64,000 bases of DNA from Paecilomyces variotii. Taxonomy: Eukaryota. Made by a program: the position numbers and the translations under genes. This document shows positions 62,726 to 64,000 of the stretch, in pieces (the first letter of the stretch is position 1; each line of letters begins with the position of its first letter). The notes under the pieces were generated by a model that was given only the letters and a program-made list of their open reading frames with translations, was not told the origin of the DNA and did not search any database. The DNA is taken from the NCBI GenBank assembly GCA_004022145.1, contig RCNU01000001.1. The stretch is one strand, 5' to 3'.

Positions 62726-64000
62726 TAGAGTAGTTATAGAAAACTAAAAAAACCGAACTAAACCGAACCGAACCGCCTATAGTTTAGTTCGGTTTATAAT
62801 TTTATAAACCGGAACGGTTTATAGACTTTGTAAACCGAACCGATAGTTTATGGTACACTATATGGTTTTTTTAGGTTTGGTTTTTTTGGGTTTTTTAGTT
62901 TAATTCGGTTTTTTTGGTTTTTTTTAGTTACTTTAGATTAATCTGAATTTTTATATAAATCTTATTAATCTTTAAGAACTATTTAGATTTTTATTTCTTT
63001 ATAATATCTATTACTAAATATTAACTAAAAATTAGTAGAATAATATTAGAATATAATATTAGAGTCTAACTTAAGTTAGATTCTTAATATTTATATTAGC
63101 CTTTAATATAGTTAATCTAGCGTAAGCAATAATTAAAAGACTCAGATCTATTTATAGTTATTATGTTCCTCTAAAGATATATAGAAACTCTAGATATAGA
63201 TAATTTATTTAATTATTCTCCTTTATTATAAGTAGATTTAATAATAGGTTAATTTATTTAAATACTTAAAAGACCTTAACCCCTAAACTGCTTTATTTAA
63301 TAATCTTTATTATTTATATTTATCTCTCCTTCTGATATATTATCTATATCCTTATTATTATTGATTAGATTTAGTAATTTAATCTCTTCTTTTTTAGATT
63401 ATTGATTATTAGGTATTATATTTATATTATTAGTTATTATCTTAAACTCCTGCTAAATAGTGAAATTTTTAATATATATAAAAAATATTAAAGCATAGAT
63501 TATATTAGGAAATAGTTAGCTATATTAGTAATAGCAGATATCTCGGGTATTATTAAATAATTGTTCTATATTAATATTATTTGATAGGATTATAAGAAAA
63601 TCTTAGGCTATTATTATAAGAATTAGGAATTGGTATTTATTAATTCTCCAATAATTAAGGATATTATCTGATTCTAATAAACCTAATCTAATTTAAGTTA
63701 GAATAATACTGTGTGATTTAGATATAATATTGGATAGAATATTACCTTTAGTAAGATAAGTCTGAATTTCTCGATAAGTACTAGTAGTACTTAAAGGGAG
63801 ATAATAATATTTAGATTGTGTAAGTGCATAATCTAAGGTTAAGACTGATAAATAGGTTCCTAATTATATCTTAATATTTAGATTTTAATTACTATAGTAT
63901 TAAAATATCTTATAAAAAATCTTTTTATAAGTATTATACTAGTTTTTTATTATATCTTGCCAGACTTAAGTTTTAAAATATTTAAGTTTTGCGCTGGGGT
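62726..64000 (-). mobile_element. hAT DNA transposon, 3' portion, RIP-mutated; continues beyond the window
   Basis: The terminus TAGAG fits the hAT YARNG pattern and is followed by AAACCGAA/TTCGGTTT subterminal repeats (62741-62930). The minus strand reads ILNYWRINKYQFLILIIIA*DFLIILSNNINIEQLFNNTRDICYY*YS*LFPNII, i.e. the hAT C-terminal dimerization domain (YW....FP.LA.MARD.L.VP.S.V..ERLF..ARD...RR.RL, ~63660-63490). DPSAKLKYF is seen at ~63975-64000. Confidence 0.88.

Noticed and set aside
62741..62930. AAACCGAA repeats as a CRISPR-like or telomeric array
   Set aside because: The spacing is irregular, both orientations occur, there are no unique spacers and no TTAGGG. The repeats are typical hAT subterminal motifs.
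55320..64000. Starship/giant element or mitochondrial insertion as the source of the AT-rich block
   Set aside because: No tyrosine-recombinase or mitochondrial gene motifs were recognised. Most of the block is accounted for by Helitron and hAT motifs with RIP-type changes.

Overview
Fungal (Eurotiales-like; genus not determinable) genomic window with two compartments. About 1-55.3 kb is gene-rich euchromatin with spliced genes: a signal-peptide agmatinase, a kinesin-4-like motor, ALG2, EME1/MMS4, an MCH1-like MFS transporter, KCS1-type inositol polyphosphate kinase, a PLAC8 protein, palH/RIM21, an F-box-like protein, a LaeA-like methyltransferase, aspergillopepsin pepA and an ARO80-like Zn2Cys6 factor. 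Accessory oddities in this part are a frameshifted gene resembling the copia protease-like domain (29.5 kb), a Gypsy reverse-transcriptase relic, and beside it an intact, intronless OTT_1508-like Zn-deaminase gene (42.1-43.7 kb). From 55.32 kb to the end the DNA is extremely AT-rich and has no long ORFs. Reversing RIP-type C>T/G>A changes by eye shows an apparently complete ~7.4 kb Helitron on the minus strand: Zn-finger, Rep motifs 1-3, PIF1 helicase, a second cargo ORF, a 3' hairpin and a CTTG end. It directly abuts the 3' end of a less-mutated hAT transposon. Surviving cytosines in the Helitron show a strong GpC-context protection. All de-RIPed translations are manual reconstructions, not database results.
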